From NCBI GenBank assembly GCA_964016885.1, contig OZ024740.1, positions 110,422,001 to 110,486,000 on the forward strand: DNA of 64,000 nt. The letters are read 5' to 3'. Positions 13,802 through 28,256 of the stretch are shown here, in pieces. The stretch comes from Eledone cirrhosa. Its lineage: Eukaryota. The notes under the pieces were generated by a model, which worked only from the letters and a program-made list of their open reading frames with translations, was not told where the DNA came from and ran no database searches. Every line of letters starts with the position of its first letter. The first letter of the stretch is position 1. Both the position numbers and the translations under genes were made by a program.

Positions 13802-14035
13802 GTTAAAGAAGAGAGCAAATGGAAGAAAGGAGCACTTGCACAACGCGCTCCTGAAGTTGAGGGTTGTTCTATCGACGGAGTATTAAACAACCCATTTGTG
13901 GAGCCTCCCCCCTATTGGGGATTTCGATTGTTTTAATTGTTTGTTTTTATATCTTTTACACAACTGTATGTAAAATCCTCGGCATGTCTTTGTATTGTCC
14001 CCATTTCTTGTTGTGCCCTTGTGGCTAATAAAGAC
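11463..14035 (+). mobile_element. Tx1-clade retrotransposon, copy 3, 5'-truncated
   Basis: Starts mid-ORF2 (AKCGNSSTIRSL) immediately after (TATC)n. Ends with AATAAA at about 14027-14032 and (ATCT)n at 14036-14058. Confidence 0.93.
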
Positions 14036-14252
14036 ATCTATCTATCTATCTATCTATCGTTATGTAATTTGTTTCTCCCCGTCACTATCTACATATCATA
14101 CCCAGATTTTCTTTATCTCTTTCACACACGAAGGCACATGCACACACATACACATATACCTGCATACGCGCATGCATGCACACCTACCCAAGGGAGCAGA
14201 TAGACAGATAATACAAAGTTATATAGATACATAGATATAGATATGGAAATAG

Positions 14253-14340
<88 letters not shown>

Positions 14341-15070
14341 GAGAAAGAGAGAGAAAGAGAGAGAGAGAGTGAGAGAGAAAGAAAGAGAGTGAGAGAGAAA
14401 GAAAGAGAGTGAGAGAGAGGAAAGAAGCAGAGCAAGAGAAGCAAAATCACGCAAACAAACAAACAAAATATTATAAAGAACAAAAAAAAAACAAAAAAAA
14501 AACTATAAAATGAAATATTCATTGGACACGAAAAAGTTCGCGAATAAATAAATAAACAATAAACACTATAAACATATAAAAATATATATAAAATTTGAAA
14601 AACAAAATGGCGGAATATAAAAGAAAAGAGAATGGAGCTGGAATGAAGTGGAATGGAGTTTGTGAAGGTGAAGTGAAGTGAAGTTTAGTTAGCAGGATGG
14701 ACAAATACGTTATATAAATTCTGTCTTTTCAAGAGAAGCAAGTACTCAGCATATATATAAGATATATAAGATACCCCTTGATAGGGTAGTATGATAGAAA
14801 AAATAAATACAACCCAGGGTTGTTAGCTATTGTTGTTACTCTTATTTCATTCTATTTTAGTTGTTTTTACTGTTTTTTTATGGCGTATTTTTGTAAGTTT
14901 CGTTTTATTTTTATGTATGTACTATATACAAGACATTCAGAGATAGATGGATGTATGGATGTTTGTATGTATGTGTATGTATGTATGTATGTGTGTGTAT
15001 GTATGTATATATGTATGTAGGAATGTATGGATGTACGTATTATTCTATCTGCATATATATACACATACAC

Positions 15071-15154
<84 letters not shown>

Positions 15155-15245
15155 ACACATATATAGAGAGAATATATAGATAAAGAAAAACAACGTGTAT
15201 ATGTGTGTGTATTTATACAAACTCATGTAAACTAACACACACTCA

Positions 15246-15324
<79 letters not shown>

Positions 15325-16092
15325 TGTGCTGATATGCATATACGGGTGTGTGTGTGTATAATGTATTTTTTTTTTGCATTTTCCATAGGATGGAGCCGAG
15401 TTGTTGAACAGGAATTCTTGAATAAATTGTCATCTGGTAATTGATAAGCAAACGAGGAAAATATACAGAAAAATATATGATAGAAATAAAGGGAGGTAAT
15501 AGAAGGTGGATATACAATAAAGAAATAAAGGGTGGTAATTGAAGATGGCGGAATGGAGTAGAATAGTAGAAACAAATAAAATGAGAGCATAGGCAGGGTA
15601 CATTTTGTTGAGTTGAGATACATCATCGTCGCCGAAGTCCTCCTCCTCTTCTCCCCCTCCTCCTCCTTATCACCATCATCATTATCATCATCAGCAGCAT
15701 TGTTATTACCACCATCATCATTATAACAATGATAATAAAAATAAATATTATTATTATTATTAGTTATGACGTGGTTTATCTTAGCTTAAAATTGTGCTTG
15801 TAGAATGATATCATGAAGTACTATGACAGATAGACAAATAGATAGATAGTTAGATACATAGAGTGGAATTGAGATATAGATAGAAAGAGGGAGAGAGTGA
15901 TAGACAGAAAGAGGGATAGAAAGATAGTTATAGAGAGACAGCAACAAACAGGGCAGATGAGAAAAAATAGATAAATAGATAGCTAGAGTTGTATGTCTGG
16001 AGTTGCGACCGATAGATAGTATTAGCAAATGGAATGACTAACGGAAACATTGTTTCCTCGGTCCGATTTGACGAAAGTCGATCGACAAAATA

Positions 16093-16164
<72 letters not shown>

Positions 16165-16209
16165 ACGTGTGTGTGTGTGTGCGTGCGTGTGCGTGAGTGT
16201 GTGCGGTTG

Positions 16210-16240
<31 letters not shown>

Positions 16241-16243
<3 letters not shown>

Positions 16244-16532
16244 TGTAAATCCTCCCATAGCAGCTATTAATTTATAGAAAATGATATTCATCCTCAACCA
16301 GTAAAAATCTGTGACTCTTATTAATATGCTCATGCACAATACGAACACGTATAATTGTGGTAAGATACCAGGAGGACCATAACACACCAGAGTACTCAAT
16401 ACTTAGGGCAGTATAGTCGGTAATAGGAAAAGAGTCAAGCACCCGACGGCTGAGCTCCGTTCGTTTCGACAGCTGGTTCGGATGTAGATGTCAAAACAGC
16501 CGGAGCTCAGCCGTCAGGGTCCTGAATCTTTT

Positions 16533-16537
<5 letters not shown>
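16241..16537. mobile_element. (TA)n-flanked fold-back element related to 1-156
   Basis: Imperfect arms 16423-16471 and 16489-16537. Shares AGTACTCAATACTTAGGG and CCCGACGGCTGAGCTC with 1-156. (TA)n on both sides. Confidence 0.7.
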
Positions 16538-16594
<57 letters not shown>

Positions 16595-16901
16595 TGCAAA
16601 AATTAACAAATAAAGGAGAAGACAACGAACGAAACCAAGGCCGAGCAAAAAACAATTTTTTAAAAGGGAAACCTTAAAAGGTTATTTTTTGAAAGTAAAA
16701 ATACAAATGAAAAACACAGAAAACCTGGGTCATCAGCTGTTGAGATGGACTTTAGCAGTTTCGACCCCTACTAATGGTACTGCTTATCCACTCGGGGTAC
16801 CAGCGTCGCCCATACATACCTGCCCCCTTCTCCACACCATCGATGATGCATATATACATGTATGCAAGTATGTAGATGTGTCGGTGTGAGGGCTGTCCAC
16901 A

Positions 16902-19900
16902 TGTGTATGTCTGTGTCAGTGACTGTGTATGTCTGTGTCAGTGACTGTGTATGTCTGTGTCAGTGACTGTGTGTGTCTGTGTCAGTGACTGTGTATGTCT
17001 GTGTCAGTGACTGTGTATGTCTGTGTCAGTGACTGTGTGTGTCTGTGTCAGTGACTGTGTATGTCTGTGTCATCGACTGTGTATGTCTGTGTCAGTGACT
17101 GTGTATGTCTGTGTCAGTGACTGTGTATGTCTGTGTCAGTGACTGTGTGTGTCTGTGTCAGTGACTGTGTGTGTCTGTGTCAGTGACTGTGTGTGTCTGT
17201 GTCAGTGACTGTGTGTGTCTGTGTCAGTGACTGTGTATGTCTGTGTCAGTGACTGTGTGTGTCTGTGTCAGTGACTGTGTATGTCTGTGTCAGTGACTGT
17301 GTATGTCTGTGTCAGTGACTGTGTGTGTCTGTGTCAGTGACTGTGTATGTCTGTGTCAGTGACTGTGTATGTCTGTGTCAGTGACTGTGTGTGTCTGTGT
17401 CAGTGACTGTGTATGTCTGTGTCAGTGACTGTGTGTGTCTGTGTCAGTGACTGTGTATGTCTGTGTCAGTGACTGTGTGTGTCTGTGTCAGTGACTGTGT
17501 ATGTCTGTGTCAGTGACTGTGTATGTCTGTGTCAGCGACTGTGTATGTCTGTGTCAGTGACTGTGTATGTCTGTGTCTGTGACTGTGTGTGTCTGTGTCA
17601 GTGACTGTGTATGTCTGTGTCAGTGACTGTGTGTGTCTGTGTCAGTGACTGTGTGTGTCTGTGTCAGTGACTGTGTGTGTCTGTGTCAGTGACTGTGTAT
17701 GTCTGTGTCAGTGACTGTGTGTGTCTGTGTCAGTGACTGTGTGTGTCTGTGTCAGTGACTGTGTGTGTCTGTGTCAGTGACTGTGTATGTCTGTGTCAGT
17801 GACTGTGTATGTGTCTGTTATTGACTGTGTATGTCTGTGTCAGTGACTGTGTATGTCTGTGTCAGTGACTGTGTATGTCTGTGTCAGTGACTGTGTGTGT
17901 CTGTGTCAGTGACTGTGTATGTCTGTGTCAGTGACTGTGTGTGTCTGTGTCAGTGACTGTGTGTGTCTGTGTCAGTGAGTGTGTATGTCTGTGTCAGTGA
18001 CTGTGTGTGTCTGTGTCAGTGACTGTGTATGTCTGTGTCAGTGACTGTGTGTGTCTGTGTCAGTGACTGTGTGTGTCTGTGTCAGTGACTGTGTGTGTCT
18101 GTGTCAGTGACTGTGTATGTCTGTGTCAGTGACTGTGTATGTGTCTGTCAGTGACTGTGTATGTCTGTGTCAGTGACTGTGTATGTCTGTGTCAGTGACT
18201 GTGTATGTCTGTGTCAGTGACTGTGTGTGTCTGTGTCAGTGACTGTGTATGTCTGTGTCAGTGACTGTGTGTGTCTGTGTCAGTGACTGTGTATGTCTGT
18301 GTCAGTGACTGTGTATGTCTGTGTCAGTGACTGTGCATGTCTGTGTCAGTGACTGTGTATGTCTGTGTCAGGGACTGTGTACGTCTGTGTCAGTGACTGT
18401 GTATGTCTGTGTCAGTGACTATGTGTGTCTGTGTCAGTGACTGTGTATGTCTGTGTCAGTGACTGTGTATGTCTGTGTCAGTGAATGTGTGTGTCTGTGT
18501 CAGTGACTGTGTATGTCTGTGTCAGTGACTGTGTATGTCTGTGTCAGTGACTGTGTATGTCTGTGTCAGTGACTGTGTATGTCTGTGTCAGTGACTGTGT
18601 GTGTCTGTGTCAGTGACTGTGTATGTCTGTGTCAGTGACTGTGTGTGTCTGTGTCAGTGACTGTGTATGTCTGTGTCAGTGACTGTGTATGTCTGTGTCA
18701 GTGACTGTGTGTGTCTGTGTCAGTGACTGTGTATGTCTGTGTCATCGACTGTGTATGTCTGTGTCAGTGACTGTGTATGTCTGTGTCAGTGACTGAGTAT
18801 GTCTGTGTCAGTGACTGTGTGTGTCTGTGTCAGTGACTGTGTGTGTCTGTGTCAGTGACTGTGTGTGTCTGTGTCAGTGACTGTGTGTGTCTGTGTCAGT
18901 GACTGTGTATGTCTGTGTCAGTGACTGTGTGTGTCTGTGTCAGTGACTGTGTATGTCTGTGTCAGTGACTGTGTATATCTGTGTCAGTGACTGTGTATGT
19001 CTGTGTCAATGACTGTGTATGTCTGTGTCAGTGACTGTGTATGTCTGTGTCAGTGACTGTGTATGTCTGTGTCAGTGACTGTGTATGTCTGTGTCAGTGA
19101 CTGTGTGTGTCTGTGTCAGTGACTGTGTATGTCTGTGTCAGTGACTGTGTGTGTCTGTGTCAGTGACTGTGTGTGTCTGTGTCAGTGACTGTGTATGTCT
19201 GTGTCAGTGACTGTGTGTGTCTGTGTCAGTGACTGTGTGTGTCTGTGTCAGTGACTGTGTGTGTCTGTGTCAGTGACTGTGTATGTCTGTGTCAGTGACT
19301 GTGTATGTGTCTGTCAGTGACTGTGTATGTCTGTGTCAGTGACTGTGTATGTCTGTGTCAGTGACTGTGTGTGTCTGTGTCAGTGACTGTGTATGTCTGT
19401 GTCAGTGACTGTGTATGTCTGTGTCAGTGACTGTGTATGTGTCTGTGTCAGTGACTGTGTATGTCTGTGTCAGTGACTGTGTATGTCTGTGTCAGTGACT
19501 GTGTATGTCTGTGTCAGTGACTGTGTGTGTCTGTGTCAGTGACTGTGTATGTCTGTGTCAGTGACTGTGTATGTCTGTGTCAGTGACTGTGTATGTCTGT
19601 GTCAGTGACTGTGTATGTCTGTGTCAGTGACTGTATGTGTTTGTGTCAGTGACTGTGTATGTCTGTGTCAGTGACTGTGTATGTCTGTGTCAGTGACTGT
19701 GTGTGTCTGTGTCAGTGACTGTGTGTGTCTGTGTCAGTGACTGTGTATGTCTGTGTCAGTGACTGTGTATGTCTGTGTCAGTGACTGTGTATGTCTGTGT
19801 CAGCGACTGTGTATGTCTGTGTCAGTGACTGTGTGTGTCTGTGTCAGTGACTGTGTATGTCTGTGTCAGTGACTGTGTGTGTCTGTGTCAGTGACTGTGT

Positions 19901-22900
19901 GTGTCTCTGTCAGTGACTGTGTGTGTCTGTGTCAGTGACTGTGCATGTCTGTGTCAGTGACTGTGTATGTCTGTGTCAGTGACTGTCTATGTCTGTGTCA
20001 GTGACTGTGTATGTCTGTGTCAGTGACTGTGTATGTCTGTGTCAGTGACTGTGTATGTCTGTGTCAGTGACTGTGTATGTCTGTGTCAGTGACTGTGTGT
20101 GTCTGTGTCAGTGACTGTGTATGTCTGTGTCAGTGACTGTGTATGTGTCTGTGTCAGTGACTGTGTATGTCTGTGTCAGTGACTGTGTATGTCTGTGACA
20201 GTGACTGTGTGTGTCCGTGTCAGTGACTGTGTATGACTGTGTCAGTGACTGTGTGTGTCTGTGTCAGTGACTGTATGTGTCTCTGTCAGTGACTGTGTGT
20301 GTCTGTGTCAATGACTGTGTATGTCTGTGTCAGTGACTGTGTATGTCTGTGTCAGTGACTGTGTATGTCTGTGTCAGTGACTGTGTATGTCTGTGTCAGT
20401 GACTGTGTATGTCTGTGTCAGTGACTGTGTGTGTCTGTGTCAGTGACTGTGTATGTCTGTGTCAGTGACTGTGTGTGTCTGTGTCAGTGACTGTGTATGT
20501 CTGTGTCAGTGACTGTGTATGTCTGTGTCAGTGACTGTGTGTGTCTGTGTCAGTGACTGTGTATGTCTGTGTCAGTGACTGTGTATGTCTGTGTCAGTGA
20601 CTGTGTATGTCTGTGTCAGTGACTGTGTGTGTCTGTGTCAGTGACTGTGTATGTCTGTGTCAGTGACTGTGTATGTCTGTGTCAGTGACTGTGTGTGTCT
20701 GTGTCAGTGACTGTGTATGTCTGTGTCAGTGACTGTGTATGTCTGTGTCAGTGACTGTGTGTGTCTGTGTCAGTGACTGTGTATGTCTGTGTCAGTGACT
20801 GTGTATGTCTGTGTCAGTGACTGTGTATGTCTGTGTCAGTGACTGTGTATGTCTGTGTCAGGGACTGTGTACGTCTGTGTGAGTGACTGTGTATGTGTCT
20901 GTGTCAGTGACTGTGTATGTCTGTGTCAGTGACTGTGTATGTCTGTGTCAGTGACTGTGTGTGTCTGTGTGAGTGACTGTGTGTGTCTGTGTCAGTGACT
21001 GTGTATGTGTCTGTGTCAGTGACTGTGTATGTCTGTGTCAGTGACTGTGTATGTCTGTGTCAGTGACTGTGTATGTCTGTGTCAGTGACTGTGTATGTCT
21101 GTGTCAGTGACTGTGTGTGTCTGTGTCAGTGACTGTGTATGTCTGTGTCAGTGACTGTGTATGTCTGTGTCAGTGACTGTGTGTGTCTGTGTCAGTGACT
21201 GTGTATGTCTGTGTCAGTGACTGTGTGTGTCTGTGTCAGTGACTGTGTGTGTCTGTGTCAGTGACTGTGTATGTCTGTGTCAGTGACTCTGTGTGTCTGT
21301 GTCAGTGACTGTGTATGTCTGTGTCAGTGACTGTGTATGTCTGTGTCAGTGACTGTGTATGTCTGTGTCAGTGACTGTGTATGTGTCTGTGTCAGTGACT
21401 GTGTATGTCTGTGTCAGTGACTGTGTGTGTCTGTGTCAGTGACTGTGTATGTATGTGTCAGTGACTGTGTGTGTCTGTGTCAGTGACTGTGTATGTCTGT
21501 GTCAGTGACTGTGTATGTCTGTGTCAGTGACTGTGTATGTCTGTGTCAGTGACTGTGTGTGTCTGTGTCAGTGACTGTGTATGTCTGTGTCAGTGACTGT
21601 GTATGTGTCTGTGTCAGTGTCAGTGACTGTGTATGTCTGTGTCAGTGTCAGTGACTGTGTATGTCTGTGTCAGTAACTGTGTGTGTCTGTGTCAGTGACT
21701 GTGTATGTCTGTGTCAGTGACTGTGTATGTGTCTGTGTCAGTGACTGTGTATGTCTGTGTCAGTAACTGTGTGTGTCTGTGTCAGTGACTGTGTATGTCT
21801 GTGTCAGGGACTGTGTATGTCTGTGTCAGTGACTGTGTATGTCTGTGTCAGTGACTGTGTATGTCTGTGTCAGTGACTGTGTATGTCTGTGTCAGTGACT
21901 GTGTATGTCTGTGTCAGTGACTGTGTATGTCTGTGTCAGTGACTGTGTATGTCTGTGTCAGTGACTGTGTATGTGTCTGTGTCAGTGACTGTGTATGTCT
22001 GTGTCAGTGACTGTGTATGTCTGTGTCAGTGACTGTGTATGTCTGTGTCAGTGACTGTGTATGTGTCTGTGTCAGTGACTGTGTATGTCTGTGTCAGTGA
22101 CTGTGTATGTCTGTGTCAGTGACTGTGTATATCTGTGTCAGTGACTGTGTATGTCTGTGTCAGTGACTGTGTATGTGTCTGTGTCAGTGACTGTGTATGT
22201 CTGTGTCAGTGACTGTGTATGTCTGTGTCAGTGACTGTGTATGTCTGTGTCAGTGACTGTGTATGTCTGTGTCAGTGACTGTGTATGTCTGTGTCAGTGA
22301 CTGTGTATGTCTGTGTCAGTGACTGTGTATGTCTGTGTCAGTGACTGTGTATGTGTCTGTGTCAGTGACTGTGTATGTCTGTGTCAGTGACTGTGTATGT
22401 CTGTGTCAGTGACTGTGTATATCTGTGTCAGTGACTGTGTATGTCTGTGTCAGTGACTGTGTGTGTCTGTGTCAGTGACTGTGTATGTCTGTGTCAGTTA
22501 CTGTGTATGTGTCTGTGTCAGTGACTGTGTATGTCTGTGTCACTGACTGTGTATGTCTGTGTCAGTGACTGTGTGTGTCAGTGACTGTGTATGTCTGTGT
22601 CAGTGACTGTGTATGTGTCTGTGTCACTGACTGTGTATGTCTGTGTCAGTGACTGTGTATGTCTGTGTCAGTGACTGTGTATGTCTGTGTCAGTGACTGT
22701 GTATGTCTGTGTCTGTGACTGTGTGTGTCTGTGTCAGTGTCTGTGTATGTCCGTGTCAGTGACTGTGTATGTGTCTGTGTCACTGACTGTGTATGTCTGT
22801 GTCAGTGACTGTGTATGTCTGTGTCAGTGACTGTGTATGTGTCTGTGTCAGTGACTGTGTATGTCTGTGTCAGTGACTGTGTATGTCTGTGTCAGTGACT

Positions 22901-23858
22901 GTGTATATCTGTGTCAGTGACTGTGTATGTCTGTGTCAGTGACTGTGTATGTGTCTGTGTCAGTGACTGTGTATGTCTGTGTCAGTGACTGTGTATGTCT
23001 GTGTCAGTGACTGTGTATGTCTGTGTCAGTGACTGTGTATGTCTGTGTCAGTGACTGTGTATGTCTGTGTCAGTGATTGTGTATGTCTGTGTCAGTGACT
23101 GTGTATGTCTGTGTCAGTGACTGTGTATGTGTCTGTGTCAGTGACTGTGTATGTCTGTGTCAGTGACTGTGTATGTCTGTGTCAGTGACTGTGTATATCT
23201 GTGTCAGTGACTGTGTATGTCTGTGTCAGTGACTGTGTGTGTCTGTGTCAGTGACTGTGTATGTCTGTGTCAGTTACTGTGTATGTGTCTGTGTCAGTGA
23301 CTGTGTATGTCTGTGTCAGTGACTGTGTATGTCTGTGTCAGTGACTGTGTGTGTCAGTGACTGTGTATGTCTGTGTCAGTGACTGTGTATGTGTCTGTGT
23401 CACTGACTGTGTATGTCTGTGTCAGTGACTGTGTATGTCTGTGTCAGTGACTGTGTATGTCTGTGTCAGTGACTGTGTATGTCTGTGTCTGTGACTGTGT
23501 GTGTCTGTGTCAGTGTCTGTGTATGTCCGTGTCAGTGACTGTGTATGTGTCTGTGTCACTGACTGTGTATGTCTGTGTCAGTGACTGTGTATGTCTGTGT
23601 CAGTGACTGTGTATGTCTGTGTCAGTGACTGTGTATGTCTGTGTCAGTGACTGTGTATGTCTGTGTCAGTGACTGTGTGTGTCTGTGTCAGTGACTGTGT
23701 ATGTCTGTGTCAGTGACTGTGTATGTGTCTGTGTCACTGACTGTGTATGTCTGTGTCAGTGACTGTGTATGTCTGTGTCAGTGACTGTGTATGTCTGTGT
23801 CAGTGACTGTGTATGTCTGTGTCAGTGACTGTGTGTGTCTGTGTCTGTGACTGTGTGT
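16902..23858 (+). repeat. 22-bp minisatellite GTCAGTGACTGTGT(A/G)TGTCTGT, roughly 315 copies
   Basis: Direct reading; occasional longer and shorter unit variants. Confidence 0.98.
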
Positions 23859-24950
23859 GGCCAGTAATCTAGCGCTTCGACAAAAACGTGACTGTTAAAA
23901 TAAGTGACAATATTGAAAAAATACATACCGGGGTCAATATGATCGATTAAATCAAAGTGGTACCTCAGCATAGTCCCAATCTAATGATTGAAATCAATTA
24001 GAAAAATAATAATAAATCGAAATCGATATGATCGACTAAATCAAAGCAGTGGCTCAGTATGATCCCGAGTTATGATTGAATCCTATAAAAAATAAAAGAA
24101 ATGAGTAAAGAAAAAAAACAAAAGGAACAAAACTAAAACCTACTCCCTGCTTTAGGAAAATTTAGATCCTTCATTGATTTCGATAAAACTATTCTGCTGT
24201 TTAATCAATATATCAAACAAAAATTAATGTCTATGTGATTGAGTATTGTACAGGCGCATGTACTCTTAACATAATTCTGAAGTAGAATCAAAGAGACGTA
24301 CTATGACACAAGACTGTGTTATTGAATTACAGCTACAATCCATCCGACCAGCTTTAACCGAATTTCACACGCAAAGCTTCGATCGACCCGAGGCTACAAT
24401 TAAAGACACTTGGCCAAGATGTCAATCAGGAGGAGTTGAAATCAGAACCTGAAGATTAAAAATAAACGTCTCAGTCATGTCTGCACAGGCCCAGCCTAGA
24501 AAAATCTGAAATCTGATATAAAAGACTCCAAATCATATAACCATGTATAGATAAAACTCATGCAAACAGCGGAGTCGCTTTAGCTATATCGTGATGATTC
24601 AACTCATTTTAAACATAACATATTCAAATTTAACGATAACATTTTATATATCTTTAGTAAGTTTTCACAGTTTTGTAAAGTGATATCTAGATGTATAGCA
24701 TAGACTCATTGTGTTATTCCATATTTCCAGTCAAGATTAATACTAGCATTCACATTATCCATTGTAACTTTGTACGTGATGAGCAATGAAATATGTCCAC
24801 CGTTTCCAAACTATAAAAATACGCTCACATCCGAAATAGCTATCTAAATTTCCCATAAATAATAAAATTACAAATAGATAAAAAGGTGCATAAACACATA
24901 CATAAACACGTACTTACATGCGTGTTATACATGAATACATACATACGTAC

Positions 24951-24995
<45 letters not shown>

Positions 24996-25001
24996 TATAT
25001 A

Positions 25002-25148
<147 letters not shown>

Positions 25149-25286
25149 TGTGTGTTTATGTATTAAACACATATATACTCTCCTTTTGAAAAGGAAGTAC
25201 GGTTAGGCCATGAATAATTATGTCTCGATTGTATTTTAAATTGTAATAAATATGGCGTCAGGAGTTTCAAATTCGAATCCTCGTTA

Positions 25287-25342
<56 letters not shown>

Positions 25343-25347
25343 GTATG

Positions 25348-25392
<45 letters not shown>

Positions 25393-25403
25393 GTATATGT
25401 ATA

Positions 25404-25487
<84 letters not shown>

Positions 25488-25501
25488 CATATATATGTAT
25501 A

Positions 25502-25551
<50 letters not shown>

Positions 25552-25620
25552 ATATATATATATATATATATATATATGTGTATATACATATGTATATATA
25601 TATGTATATATATGTATATA

Positions 25621-25651
<31 letters not shown>

Positions 25652-26325
25652 TATATATATATATATAATTATGCCTCCTAAAACTAAGGATGCATCTCTT
25701 TATAAAAGAGGTCCATCTTTTAAACCAATATAGAATTATTTTTTATCTCTAATTTCTGTCTGTGCACGGAGAGAGAAGGAAATTAAAATGAGAAAGAGAG
25801 AATGGGTGGCAGTGAAACTTTTTGAGAATACTTCAAGTTTAGAACATTTTAAATATATATAAAAATTATATATAGAATTATTCATTGCAATTTCATTGGA
25901 CATGGGAATATCAGCTAAAATATGTGAGTGCTAAATAATATAATTCCTATAATTAAGTAAATATATAGATCGTATTTGGTTTTATTGCTCGTTTTATTTT
26001 GCAGGTTTTATTTTCGATAGCCCGTAGAATAGTCCTATAATATTACCGTAAGCTATAACTATATTTTGCAAATTTTATAGTCTATGATTTGTAGATCACG
26101 GGCATATAATAAGCCACTCGTTAAGTCGTGACGTTAAAAATTATGGTTATTTTAATCCTATTAGTTAGATGACATTTCGTAATAGCTATATAATAGCTAA
26201 TTTTATTAAGATTTTTTTCTTCGAGGCGTATGTTGTGGCATGGGATCATTACACTCTTTCCATCATCGTGAGAAAAAGGGTCCTTTTTGTTTTTTAAGAA
26301 AACACACATGCACGCACGCACATGT

Positions 26326-26415
<90 letters not shown>

Positions 26416-27650
26416 CACACGTCTTATCAATATATGACAAAAAAGGAAAGGAAAAGAGTTGATCATCACATCGAACAAAAGAAACAATGTTTCTATTAGT
26501 TTTTTCATTGCTGATACTATCAGCTAGTCACAACTCCTGATAGAGGGAGGTTGGATTTGAAATCAGAACATACAGAACCGGATCAATTACCGACACTTTA
26601 ACAATTCCACTAATCCGTCATCACCTAAACTAGTACTTCCATTATCGACCCCTACATATGTGAAAAGCAAAGTTGACTTTAGCAGATTTCCAACTCAGAG
26701 CGCAAAGAGCCAGAATAGAAGCGGACCCTCTACCGACTCTGCCAAAACATTGGATAGTGCGACGTTTATTAATATTCTGCGACACCATTGAGGCCGTTTT
26801 TTTTAACATAATGCTTTGATACTATTGACGAGTAGAATAAACTATAGTTTGGTAGTTTTGCAATTCTGGTTCAAAAGTTATGAACGTTTTTCAATTTTGA
26901 GAGAAAATAAAAGAAAGCAGGACCATAAGTAATGTATTTCCTCATTTATTGAAGTTATCTTCATCACTACTGGTATCGTGGACTGTAAGTTTGCCACAAG
27001 AAATAGGAGCATTAAACACACAAAAATGAGAATAGGAGCCGATCGCCAGATCAGACGATCAAACAATGTTTCTATTGGTCTTTCCATTATTGATACTATC
27101 TGCACGTTACAACCGCCACGGATTTTCCGCTGACAGGAGACAAGATTTGAACTCGAAACGTACGGTGCCGGAACACAATTTAGGATATCACTTCGATTAT
27201 CAGAGTATCACACTTCGCTTGCACCTGCGTATATGTGTGTGTGCGTGTAAGTGTATATATTGGTGTGTCTGTGTGTGTATTGGTGTGTCTGTGTGTGAGT
27301 GTGTTTCTGTGTGTAAATGCGTACACGCACGTGTATGTGTGGGAGCTTGTGTTGGATCTCCACCAGTATGCTGGATATTGAACCAGTAAGTGTCTTAGTA
27401 TTTCTCAGCCACATCTATCCTGAGTGTGGTTTCCAGGCAGATTGAGCGTGGCCATTTGAAATATTTGTCTCTGGCAGAGGGGAACAAAGTGAAATAAAGT
27501 GCTGTGCTCAAGGACTCGACATGCCACAGAGAATCGAATTTACGACCTAAAGATCCAGAAAACAGTACCGAAACGATTTAACAAAGCACTTTGTTTTCTT
27601 GTTCAACTCTCTAGACCTATAGCGATTGCTGATCACATCAACAAGCGCGA

Positions 27651-27699
<49 letters not shown>

Positions 27700-27730
27700 T
27701 TACTACTACTACTACTACTACTACTACTAT

Positions 27731-27829
<99 letters not shown>
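27651..27829 (+). repeat. (ACT)n(GCT)n microsatellite
   Basis: Direct reading. Confidence 0.95.
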
Positions 27830-27830
27830 C

Positions 27831-28256
27831 ATGGTTTCTGCTTTAGGTACAAATGACAACAATGTTTTGGGGGAAGGGGAAAGACGGTTAGATCGACCCC
27901 AGTGTTTTACTGGTACTTTACTTTATCGACCCCGTAAGGATGAGGGGCAAAGTTAACATAACATCGGTGGGACTTGAATTCAGAACGTAAAGGGTCATAA
28001 CTTTGTAATGCAAATGTTGTTGTCCGACTTTCTAACGATACTGCCAATCCACCAACCTAATAATAATAGTTTCTACTTTAGGCACAAGTCCAGCAATTAT
28101 CCCAGTGTATTACTGGTACTTTATTTTATCGACCCCGTAAGGATGAAAGGCAAAGTTAATCTCGGCGGGATTTGAACTCAGACCATAAAGGGCCGTAACT
28201 CTATGCTGCAAAGCATGGCGTCCGACCCTCTACCAATACTGCCAATCCACCAACCT
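27831..28256 (-). mobile_element. Two tandem copies of the dominant tRNA-derived SINE
   Basis: Each has the reverse complement of A box TGGCAGTATCG, B box GAGTTCAAATCC and central CCTTTCATCCTTACGGGGTCGATAAA. Confidence 0.85.

Noticed and set aside
3660-14058. Tx1 array as a segmental duplication or assembly artefact
   Set aside because: Copies differ extensively in sequence, 5' endpoints, deletions and 3'UTRs.
16902-23858. Possible CRISPR or telomeric array
   Set aside because: Contiguous units without spacers; no TTAGGG; internal location.
24770-24850. GTGATGA...GAAA TAGCTA TC as a hammerhead (similar case on minus at 517-550)
   Set aside because: Core and stem I too degenerate to support, though possibly old remnants.
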